Made by a program: the position numbers and the translations under genes. A DNA stretch of 64,000 nt from Cirrosporium novae-zelandiae (taxonomy: Eukaryota): contig JAPETS010000014.1 of NCBI GenBank assembly GCA_026023565.1, positions 248,001-312,000 of the forward strand. The letters run 5' to 3'. Numbering within the stretch: position 1 is the stretch's first letter; the number at the start of each line of letters is the position of its first letter. Shown piece after piece: positions 52,756 to 64,000 of this stretch. Below the pieces are notes generated by a model, which did not search any database, was not told the origin of the DNA, and was given only the letters and a program-made list of their open reading frames with translations.

Positions 52756-54311
52756 GGTGATGGTGGGTTACCTGATGGCTTTTTTGTTCACCTGTGATTA
52801 AATGAAATTGAGGGTGAGTTGGTACGACGATAGCTAAGCTTCCTTTATGTATATCTCTCTCCCTACCTCTCTTTGAAGGATCACACCAACAAAGATAAAG
52901 ATGACTCAACGAGATCGGACCAAAATGAAAAGTCAAAAATTAAAAAAAGAAGAAACATGAATAGCCTCCCCCCAACCAGAAACGAGCTAGAAATATTTAA
53001 GAAAAACCAAAACAAAAGGAGATTGGTTAATTAACAGAGCAGTTAAAGGAATTGAATGTAGTGATCTGATGATAACTTCGGATCTTCAATTGAGCAATTG
53101 GTTTAGAAACCAAAAAAAATCTTGTGGAAAAGAGAAGATGGATGGTGAATAATAGGGTGATAGGTATAGGTATAGACAGGCAACCCCGCAGCGGGGAAGG
53201 AGATTTTGTTATCTGTTAGGTTCGTGCTATCGTGATTGATTACTTTTTAGTCCAATCTCTTTTTAGAACATGCAAATTCGATTTAGATGGGATAGATAGT
53301 TCTGACCTGAGGACGTTTCGGCATGATTGGCTTTGCTGACTCTTACAAATGAAGCCCCCCCCCCTCCAACGCATCTTCATCTTAAAATCTGTGATAGCAG
53401 TCGAGTATGTTCAGCTCTATCTTGTAATTCAAACCCTACAATTCTATTATAAGAACCAACCCAATCAACCAACTAATTCCCAACCACTCATCCACCTTAG
53501 ATATCACTACTTAGTACCTAGATATTTATCCTAGTTCCTGTTTCATCATCATCATGATATAGTAGCCCCTCATGGCAGTGGAAAAAAAAGCTCGTCAAAA
53601 TTTTTAGTTACAGGTCCATTTCCTTCTTTGAACTCCAAATCCAATCCCCTAAGAAACACATACTCCTCTTTATAAACCCTAGATCCAGGCCTTTCCAAAC
53701 CCCAAACCCCCCTGTTTCATCATTGCCCCAATCACGTCCCCAAGAAACCGCATTAACACCCACATCCACAATCCACACTCAACCATCCAATCCAATCCAT
53801 CCAGCGATCCAATATCACCAAAGAAACGACACCTCCCTCCCAGAAACAGAGTGAACTGTCCCCCCGGGAGGGCACCGCCAATTGTCGATATTGGATTGGA
53901 TGAAAACGGAAATGGGAATGAGGATAGAAATGGGATGGAATGGAATGAAACCTGGGGTATTGTGGGGGAGGGTAACATGGGATGGAGAAAACCTGGGCGG
54001 AGTAGAAGCCAAGAGGGCCAATATCGACAAGCTACCAATTGCTGACGATACCGGTCCCATAGCAAAGTACTGCGCCTAGGTTTTGCTCCATTGGGGGTGG
54101 AGTGGGGGTGTGGAGGATGGTTGGAGGATTTGTCATAGAGACCCGCGAGGTCCAAACCGGAACTCCAAAAACTCCCAAAGACTCCAACCTCGATGTCCCT
54201 CTTGAAACGCCGGAGATATAAAAGAAAGAAAAACGAAAAACGAAACCTCTGTCCCGAACTCCAAGTCCTGTCTAAACTCTCTGAAGAACTCCCGCTTTTT
54301 TTTTGTATTTT

Positions 54312-54460
54312 GTTTTTTCAACTTTTTTCTGTGTTTCTGCTTTCAATTTTGTTTTTGTTTTTTTGTGTTTTCAACCTTTTTTCTGTGCTTCATGTTTTCA
54401 ACTTTTTTTTGTGGTTCTTCTTTTCAACTTTTTTTGGAGTTCTTGTTTTCAAAAAAACAA
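54312..54460. repeat. Degenerate T-rich minisatellite, ~26-bp period, 6 copies
   Basis: TTTCAA cores at 54316, 54341, 54369, 54396, 54422 and 54447; consensus approximately GTTTTCAACTTTTTTCTGTG... Confidence 0.75.
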
Positions 54461-54708
54461 ATTTGCTTTCACTTGACAGGGGAGCCTTCATGACGAAAGA
54501 AAAACAAAAGAAACAGGAATATTCATTTTCAACTCCTAACTCCGAACTCCCAACTTTCATTGTCCATCCTTCCTTGCATAAAAATTCTCGGTACCGCTCT
54601 CCCCTCCTTGACAGTATTTGGCTAGCATTCCAAGGTTGTTTGGATTAGACATGCATCCAGTCGTATATATAAAGACGATTAAGGAATCGAAGTTGACGCG
54701 TCGAACGT

Positions 54709-57700
54709 TTAGGCTTCGCCGAACTTGGTGAGTAAAATGATGAGTCCGAAGCTGGCCAACAGTAAAAGTCTCTCAAAGTTACTGAAGGGCTTTGTCTTGC
54801 CGTTCTGGGTGTCAATATCTACAGGAGTCGATTCTACCACTAGAGCTTCGTTGACTCGCTGGATAAGGGTGGGTTTAAGAGGTGTAGGTGCACTAGGCGA
54901 CTTGATTGCGGCCTCTGTGGTGGTCGTTACCACGGTCAATGGAGGATGATATGCCTCATTGGCCTGTTGAGTCGCAGCGCTAGATTTCTCGTGAGCGATG
55001 GAGTGTTTCGGGTTAGCGGCTTCTGTGGCAGCCGATGCCACGGTCTCTTGAACCGGTTGTGAGAGGGTGAGAGGGTTTGTGTTCCCATGGGATCGTGAAT
55101 CTATGCTAGCGTCGGTAACAGCTAGGTCAGAAATTCCCAGTATCGAGGCATCGCTATCGTAAATAGAATCGTTAAAGAGTTCCGTAAACTCTTGTCTGTT
55201 ATCATCACAATCAGACTCTTCGCTAAACGAGGACAAGGAAAGCTGCATGGGGCGTGTAGGTAGGTGTAGAGGTGATACCAAGTATGGAGATGAGGACAAT
55301 GCTTCAGGGCAAGGTGATAAATCTGCCGGTGATGTCCTTAGCAAAGCGGATTTGTCACATGAATCATCGGTCGTAGGGAAATTCTTAGGCGTGTGCACGC
55401 AGGGTGAGGACGAAAGTATGTAATCCTCCTCCGAATCAACATTGCTCAATGAATCTTGGTCACCCGACTCTTCGCTGTCCCTGATAAATGAAGCGATGGC
55501 GTCCAGTAAAGATGTTCCGAGAGATTCCTGGGAGTCTTCACTTTCACTATGAATCGACACCTGCTCTGAAATTTTCATGGGCGTAGAAGAATCTTCAGGC
55601 GTCCAGACAGACTCGTCCTCATCAGCAAACCTGTATTCTTCACATGAAGAATCCTGAGGACTAATATTTTTAACTAGGGTATCAAGACTTGATTTTCGAG
55701 GCCGTAACTCAGGAGAGCAGCGCTCAAAGTTCTCTTCCAACTTCATGCGCGAGTCTGCCAGTACATGTATAGAATTTTCCAATTCCTCATCGGAAAACGT
55801 GGACAGGCTGGTAAGTTTACTTTCGAAGAGTGTTATCGCATTCTCGATAGCCCGAGATTTCACATCTGCAAGGATACTTGAGCTTAGAGGACTCAACCCT
55901 TCAAAGTTATCTGAGAAATCGCGTTCATTGACGGGAGTAGGTAGGACGAGTGTTTCGAGTGATGACGACTTCGAGTGGCCTTTGAGGGTCGGCGTCTCTA
56001 TTAATTCCAAGCTAGGGAGCATAAGGGGCGTATTTGCGCTGTTGGATACTCGCTCCTCATCATAATCGGGGTAGGTCACAGAACAAAGTCGAGATCGTAG
56101 AAAAGCTTTCTTACGTAGTGTGTAGCACTTCGAGCCCTGCGGATCCAGAATGAAGTGGTCCTCCGTGAGCTCGAATCCTCTTCGAAGGTGAGGCGTGAAG
56201 GATGTGGGTTGACTGCTGCTTGTACTCTTTGACTCGATATAATGTTCTCCATTAGATCCCGTGGAGTCACAACCCTCATTGGCAGGGTCATTAAACTGTG
56301 GGGCATAATCAGGAACTGCAGATGATGTCTCCGATGTTAAGTCAAGAGGCTGAACTGTATTTTCGGGTTCACAGTTGCTGCTTTCGGAGTAGTTGTCATA
56401 CTCATAACCGATTATAGGAGTGTCTGTGTGAGATGGATGCATAGGCTCCGGGTTATAATCACGCCAGGCAAGAAAATCTCGTGCTTCGCTAATATTCGTG
56501 AGTGCTAATGAGTCAGGATGACGCCATTCAAGTCCACGGTCCATTGATGGTTGATCATGAAATCTGTACGTCTCGCCTATCCATATCCCATACGGACGAT
56601 AGTGTTTTGTAACCATTCCTGTAACTGCTTCCTTAAGCGCTGTGCCTGAATGGAACAGCGCAGTGTGTGGCCCATCGTAGCACACAGGATCGATATATTG
56701 ACAAGCTGCCCAGAGTCTCACCCGGAGTGCGGTATTGTCATCCAGAGCCTCCAGCTTCGCATATGGATCCGTCAGAATGAACCAAAGTGATACTTCCGGT
56801 GAAGTCGAATTGGCATTTCTGGTCCAACAATTGAAGAAGTTGATATGATGGTACGGCCTGACTTCTAGATCTTGGGTACTGACTCCTTCAATGTTCTCGG
56901 TACGATTCTCCTGTACATTATCCCCTTCAACGTCGATGGTCTGTAATTTTGTGTCCGGGAAACAACTCTCGTGAGAAACATTGTCCCCAAGGTCTACATC
57001 ATCGGCCCAGTCTTTAAGGGATGTAGAATATACCTGGTTGTAGACAGACTCGATGTTAGAAATAGAGCTTGTGCCTAAGCAAGGAGATTCTGAGGTCTTA
57101 GATTTAGACCTTGCATCCTTGTGTCCATCGATCTTCAAGACAGTTGAGTCAGTTAATAAGTTAGCTTCGGAAGCCTGTGCTTCCTTGACCTTGGTTGGCG
57201 CTTCATGCTTAGCCTCGTGTTGACTAAGAGTATCAATAATAGAGCTTGTAGAAGAAGGATGAATGCTAGAATTTTCGGCCTTCTTGTCTGGCCTAGTCCA
57301 AAAAGGATCTGGGAGAGGGCTTGTGACATTCTCCTGGAGATTGTCACCAAGGTCGATTTCCAAATCGCCAACATCAAAGTATTCAGCATCTTGAAATGGT
57401 TGGAGGTTATTCGTAGGAAGATTGGGGCATTTGTAACCAACAACTACGCAGTTTGAACTCTTGGTATCTGGAAATGCTTTGTAGTTGTATTGTACTGAAT
57501 CTGGTTGCTGTGATGGCACCAAGAACGCCGCGACGAAGTATATTTCTCCGTTAGATGCTAGAGCAGCGTGGATCTGGCTTGGCTTGTCGGAGGACTCTCC
57601 TGCTTTCTTGAGTGCATATGAAGAGTAGTCGAATTCATTTGTGTCAATCTTGAGGAGTTAATTCTAGGTGATCTTTGATGGTTGGTGTAGTATCCTAAAA

Positions 57701-57834
57701 GCTTACCTTGATAGGATAGTCTAAAACACACGAGCAGCTTTCTGGGACATAGCATCCGTGTTGTTGAGCCTATAATGATTAGGCTTGTTAACTGGGAGTC
57801 TAATCACATATTGCAAGCTGTTAGGACTCACCAT
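54709..57834 (-). CDS. Hypothetical ~1000-aa acidic Ser-rich protein with C-terminal hydrophobic tail; 3 exons (start may be 57891)
   Basis: The 937-codon ORF extends upstream without stops to an acceptor at 57649. Two phase-0 introns (donors GTGAGT and GTAAGC) give M|AQQHGCYVPESCSCVLDYPIK|IDTNEFDY... Confidence 0.75.
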
Positions 57835-60587
57835 TCGAAACAGGCTCTGAGAGAATAGTGTCTTCCACGCAGAAGATATTGAGATCGCCATCTTACTCGA
57901 AGACGCCAACAACTTGAGTCACTAGTTGATGGAAGGTGATAAGCTAAAGAGACTTGTCGAAAGTACGTAAAGGTGTGCTCGGATAAGGTAATAGAGTGAA
58001 TATGATAGAATAGTATCAACTTCAGTAGGATACAAAGATGGTTTGAGTACAACAGGCTGAAGAATTAGATCAAAGATCAAAATCTCAGGTCATGCGGTAA
58101 ACTTGGGATCTTTGCAGGATGTTGTTGAAGGAAAGAAAAAAAGAAGAGGGAGAGAAGAGGTGCTCAAATAGGTGTCTCAACACAACACTATGAACGGAAC
58201 AATAGCATCGAGGGGGCAACCAACCACCAGTTCAACACAATTTAGGCACCAGCTGGCAGAATTTTCTATTGACACAATACCATTGAGAAAGCATCCATTT
58301 TCTGTTCAATGTATTTTTGACCTTCAACACATAATTGTCGTAACCACTGATAGTAAATCAAAGAGAAGCGAATTTATAAAAAGCCGAGGTAGTAACTGTA
58401 TATACTGAACAGACGAAAAGAAAGTATAGTCATATCCTATCTTCCTCTTCAAATGCCATGTTTGTTTGACAGAGTATTAAGAGGACGTTATTACTCTTTT
58501 TGCTTGAAGATATAGCTTCTATCAAGATGAAGACGTCCTTGCCATCCCCTGAAGTCCTTGCCAGCGGTAGTTACCAATCTTTCCGACAACGGAGTTTTGA
58601 CTATTTGCGAGCATATAAGTCCAGAATATATCTAATCAGTATTGGATATCGTTATGGCCATGAATGGCTTCCTGAGATCCATGAATTGAAAGAGTTCTTG
58701 GAACCATATCCCTTTCCCCTGTCCTTGGCCCTTGATGTATGAGCAGCCGCTAATACATTCTCTTCTCTAGATCATAAAGACTCTTCTTTAACATTATGGC
58801 TCTCTTCTCACCTGCATAGAGTTTTTGGTACTCAGAGTACCCTGTTAATGCCCTAATATAGAGTTTCTCTCCGAACGTTGAAGGTTCAGATATGATTTTT
58901 TCGGCCGACAAGTTGGTAATTTGTACAGCCTTAAAGGCCGATCACTATAGAGAACTACAATATATATAGTAGGTATAGTACGCTTTACTCAAACACCTAA
59001 TTGTGGTTTTAGAGAATGGAAGATGAGGATGAACAGAACCCGATGGTTATCCTAAGTTAGAAACTTTAACTGCTATGACAAACTCTTATTCTTCACTACT
59101 GAATACATGAAGAAGAAGATGATAATATCTGTCAGGTCGTACAAGCACGGGAACTAGGGAATGTGCCAAGGCGCTAGATCTAGAAACTTCAAACAAATCT
59201 TTAAACTAGAAGTCAACTTCACTCGATACAATATATGCCTACTACAAGAACTCAGTCCAGCCCTCCAACATGCCTAGGCCTCCTCACTCAATTACAACAG
59301 GACACAGAGTATGGCAAGCAGTGGGAGTTAGGATACCGCGGACTAATGAAACGTCAGGAACCCATCATCAAATTTTCAAGACTGGATTCACGTCAATGAT
59401 AACATACCTAGGTACTTTCGACAAGCATCGGAACCTAGAGTAGAGCGAGAAGCTTAACTAGTTTAATAAGGATAAATACTTTGTCCACCTCTCCAGAATC
59501 ACCCAAGGATCGTCAGTCAGCATAACGGCTACTCAAGGCCCATGTATCCCCAAAATCAGCATCAAGTACCAACCAATATCGCACAATCACGGTAAATCCA
59601 CGCTTACCATCCATCTACCTACCTGCACCTTGAAAACCAGGAAAATCCTCGTTCTAAAATACCCAGCGGGATAAATAACGTATGCACGTACCTACCTAGC
59701 TTGTTTGCTTATATGCATGCATTACATACCTTTGCGCAAGATAGGTGGAACGATAATCCTATTACTCCTACCACGGAGACCGATTCACATAAGCCTATTC
59801 CGATATTGCCGCACCACGCCTCAAAACTTTGTGCTATGGATCTACTCGAGTAGTATGTGGTAGGGGCCCATCCTTTTCCAGAGACGCATGCGTCCTTCAC
59901 TATTTCCTAGTGCTCCTCTACTTGATCACCTTATCCGTTCAACCAGAAAATATATTAATTAGCAACATAATAGAAACCCGAAGGTTTGTGTGATGGATCA
60001 CTCGACCTGCAAAAAAGCAAGAGCATGTATTACCTTACCTCATGCATTCTTTTTTCAATCTACCAACTATCGGATACTCGCATTTCCTTACCACGTCAAT
60101 CTTAATCCTGTAGCTGTCAAAACTCCCGGCTCCCAAATACCCAGACCCCTCCCTTGCTTTTATTCCATATCTCACCTCACCCCATCCCACTTCGCAAAAG
60201 CCACAATTGTTCGCCACAACACAGACCTGGACCTAGACTTGAATCTATTTTCCTACTTCCGAGTCTCATGCTCTACTCCAATAAGCCCACAGCCAGATCC
60301 GTAAATCCATGGAAAGTGGCGACTCGTCTCCATGTCCTTTAAGCAAAGAAAAAGAGAGAAACAGAAAAAAAAGAGAAACCAACCATGCAGTACAATACCA
60401 ATACGCCTCTCCATACTGAACCCCTCCGTAAATTAAATACCGCAAGACCCGAAACCGGACGTTATGCACGCCTACATACACATTATACATATACCTTAGA
60501 TACATATAGGCGAACAACTCACCCTGCGTTCCATTCCTTCATCTACTGCCTCCTCATTGAAAAAAAATGACACGGGAAGAAAATGAC

Positions 60588-60611
60588 ATAATAATAATAA
60601 TAATAATAATA
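60588..60611. repeat. (ATA)n microsatellite
   Basis: About 8 consecutive ATA units. Confidence 0.9.
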
Positions 60612-62227
60612 GTGAATAGATGAGTGAATAAAATAAAATAAATAGATTGTTGAAAGCGCCGAAGCATATATGTGTAGATAGTTAATATAGTAATATTTAA
60701 AATATAGAAATAGAAGGGGAGGGGATTTTGCCCTGCTTGCTTGTCTATCATACTCATACCCCATGCCCCCCCAAACCTCACACCCACGTCCACGTCCACA
60801 TCCCTCACATACCCAAACCCTCCAAAAAAACCCCCATACCCCCATCCCATCCAACATCACCACGATCCCCCAGAAGGAAAACCCCTCAACTCTCAAGCTC
60901 CCCAAAACTGCCAATTAAAACACCAAAGTACACCAAAAACCTATCAATTCGATTTATAAAAAATACTTCTTTTTCTTCTATTTCTTCTATTACTATTATA
61001 TTTCCCCTTTACAAGAAGATAGAAGAAAGAAGCCTTCCTGTTACTTGAGATCCTTATTTACAATTTCCATACTGTATATATATGAATAAACATATCCCCC
61101 CCCTAGAAAAAATAAAAGAAAGAACCCTATTCACTCCATACGTCAATCCTCTCTACCCATCCTATCCTACCCGTCCTATCCTATCCACCATATAACCATC
61201 ATCCCCATCCCCATCCCCAGCTTCAGCCCCCAAGCGGGGGCATGACATACCAACATACCACAAATACAGACACAAACCCCAATCCCGTAAACCCCCCCAA
61301 ACGCCCCTCCCGCCTTGCATCCATGCAATGCACGCCTACACATCCCATCCCAGTCCCATGTGTGCAGGCATGTGCGTGAGGGCGTGGGCATGAGATCTGT
61401 CTGTGCAGTCAGCGACTAAACTAGATAACTCGGAGTAGACTTCTGAATTGGGGAGCTGATGCGCTGGCTTTGCATATGGCGTGGTGGGGTGTGTGGATAG
61501 GATTCTTGGAGGGGGGGGTGTTTGGGTATGAGTATGGGTATGGGGATATTAGGGGAATGGGGTAATGGGGTTGCTTTATATTGTTTGTGGGGATGGTTTT
61601 TTCTTCTTCTGGCTTTATGGCTTTCTTGCTTTCTGGGGAAGGGTGGTGGTGGTGATGATGATGTTGTTTGTGGTTAATTGATTGTGCTGGTTGAAGAGAG
61701 GATGGATGGATGGATTGGAGATGGTAGGTACCTTACTTTGGTCTTTCCTCGACTAGAGTATGCACGTATATACCTTGATACATACATTACACAGTATTGC
61801 AATCGACCTCAAGCCAGATTATACAATACAATAATTACCACCCACCACACTCACCCATTCATCCACACACGCTCACTCACCAACCCATATTTTTTTCAGC
61901 AGGATCAATAACCTCCCTGTCCGCATCTGTCCATCACATTCCCATCGCATCTACCTACCTTACCAATATCCCTATCCGTTAAGTCCCAACCCACACACAC
62001 TACACAGAACCACAAACCACTCAACTCCCCCCCCCCGCTCTCTATCTTTGCCAACCACCCTATCCACAGACAGCAAAAGTAAAGTGCACATTCAAAGGGC
62101 GTGACGCCCATCGGAAAAGTCCAAAGAGCCCAAGCCGACAAAAATCCCCACCTACCGTAATCCACCCACCCACTAAATCTAACTAGTTAAACCAACCAAC
62201 TCAACCCAACAATTAAATACATGCCAC

Positions 62228-62258
<31 letters not shown>
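62228..62258. repeat. (AGT)n microsatellite
   Basis: About 10 consecutive AGT units. Confidence 0.9.
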
Positions 62259-64000
62259 AGAGGGGGATGAAGAAGAAGAAAAAGGAGCGATTAGTCTTCC
62301 CAAACCCACGATCGTGATTGTTCGATGCCGATTCGATATCGATTAGTTCGGTCCAATCAATGACGAGGGACAAGAACACCCAAGCCCCCCCTCCCCGCCA
62401 AGCTAATGCCAAGAATTAAATGTAAGTGGACCCTTTGCAACACCAACACCAAACATTCAACAGCCAAGAGAAGAAAAAAAACCGTTGCATACATGCATGC
62501 ATGGAGGTAGGTGGATAATACCCCTTCTTCCCCGCCCGTCGCCCCGCCCCACATACACACACAAATACCACACAAATACCACACAAATACCACACATACA
62601 CCATACATACACATACCCAACCATAAATACATACCATACTCATACCTCATGCGCGCATAATTTTTTCTCTTGGGAAGGGGGCGTGGGTCGGGGAGTTTTA
62701 GGTTCTGGGTTTTTGGGATTGACGGATCAGACAGCTCATCATCATTGATGCTAGCGGCTATTGGCTAAATTCGTTCATTTAGATTGGTTGGTTTGGTTGG
62801 GCTTGTTAGTTAATTAGTTGGGTGCCGTTGTTGTTATTGTTGCTGCTGCCGCTGTGATGGTGTTAATTGATCGGTAGGTTTGTCGGTCAGTCGGTCGGGA
62901 CCATCCATTTTATTCATTTCATTTATTAATACAAACGGTCAAAGCAAAAATCGAGTCAAGCCAAATCAAGTTGTCGACGTCAGCAGGCGAGGGAGGTTTT
63001 TATCTGGTGATCTGAATGGCTGACTGGCTGGCTGGCTTGGTTGGTGGTTCCCCATTATCATCAATTCGAATCCCAGGAAGGGCAAAAGTAAACACAACCT
63101 TCGCTCGGGCGAATACAGAAAAGAAAAAAAAATAAAAAGAAAAATAACCCGTCATTGTTTCATAGATACCTAGGTAGGTAATTGTCTCGTCCGCTGATAG
63201 AAGCCAGAACAAAATTTCAAACCAAAAAAACAACCCCTCGAACTAATAAGCGACGGTCTGTCCTGCCCGTTTATTCTGTCTGTCGGTACCAAAGCCCAGC
63301 CCAAAAGGCTAGGTTTTATTACGTTCGGGCGCAAATCCTTCCAATCTCATCGCTTCCCACATCCCCCATAAGTCAAAATGGCTCGCGTAAACTTACCGAA
63401 AGAAAGAGAAAACAAAAAGTGGCCATCTTTCCCCCCCATCGGCATCGGAGCGGCCCGTCATCCCGCTGGGAAAATTAAACGAGAGAAAGAAAGAACATTG
63501 GAAAGCAAAAAAGGGAAAAATAGATAGGAAGAATCCCCCCCCCCAATTGACTAGACTGATTAAGTTGAGTTGGGTAGATGTGGGTTCGTTGAGAGAGCAG
63601 CGGGCAGCGGGAAGTTAAATTTTTTTTGGATGAACTTGAGGAGAAAGAAATTGGTTGGGGTTTGATTTTTTTGGAGATTTTTTCATGCGGGCGTGGGTTG
63701 GATTTGGTATGGAAATAGAGATGGTTGTGATTGGAGTTTAGATATCCTGGGAGTTTGGTTTCTGGGATGTTAGTTGGTTGGTTGGTTGGATTGGATGGGT
63801 TTAGATGGGGAAGATCGGGTTTTATTTATTGTTCCTTCGTTTCCTCCCCCTGGAAATGAGACGATCACCATGCGTCATTATACGAGATTAGGTAAGCTAG
63901 AACGAGGAGAAACGGAGAATTTGAGTGAAGATCCCCATCAGCATGTCACAGCCTTCGGACTTTTGATTTTGTTTTCGGTTAGGAAAAAAAACTATCGGAT

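Noticed and set aside
53669..53684. TAAACCCTAG as a telomerase RNA template
   Set aside because: It is not a 1.5-repeat match to TTAGGG, and similar words occur inside coding regions.
54312..54460. Regularly spaced GTTTTCAAC units resembling a CRISPR array
   Set aside because: The ~26-bp period is too short, the spacers are similar T-runs rather than unique, the context is eukaryotic and there are no cas genes.
59700..63480. Many 60-120 aa ORFs in the terminal region
   Set aside because: They translate microsatellite or low-complexity DNA, often with non-ATG starts and no domain signal.

Overview
Gene-dense nuclear DNA from a filamentous ascomycete (Pezizomycotina-like gene set, short GT-AG introns with CTRAC-type branch points). 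I can support 22 protein-coding genes and one intron-containing tRNA-Asn(GTT). The genes are ALG2 (partial), EME1/MMS4, a Zn2Cys6 transcription factor, a GNAT, IDI1, SYO1, a DUF202 protein, a MATE transporter, RFA2, DBP10, MLH1, a putative glycosyltransferase, KCS1, MCH1, PRP43, PRMT5/HSL7, a class I glutamine amidotransferase, OPI10/Hikeshi, an SDR, a GH35 beta-galactosidase, a PNPOx-like protein and a ~1000-aa unassigned protein. The last ~6 kb is non-coding and mostly low-complexity. I found no intact mobile element, CRISPR array or rRNA, and no clear-cut new multi-gene system. The best leads are: (i) an SDR with a PTS2 signal whose promoter has inverted pairs of FarA/B-type and CreA-type sites; (ii) frequent AAG 3' splice sites and weak donors; (iii) a hairpin with an alternative pairing beside a ~26-bp-period T-rich array at 53.8-54.5 kb; (iv) the large tail-anchored unassigned protein; (v) alternating C-rich and G-rich blocks that run into coding sequence. 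Gene names come from motif recognition, not database searches, and intron boundaries were read by eye.
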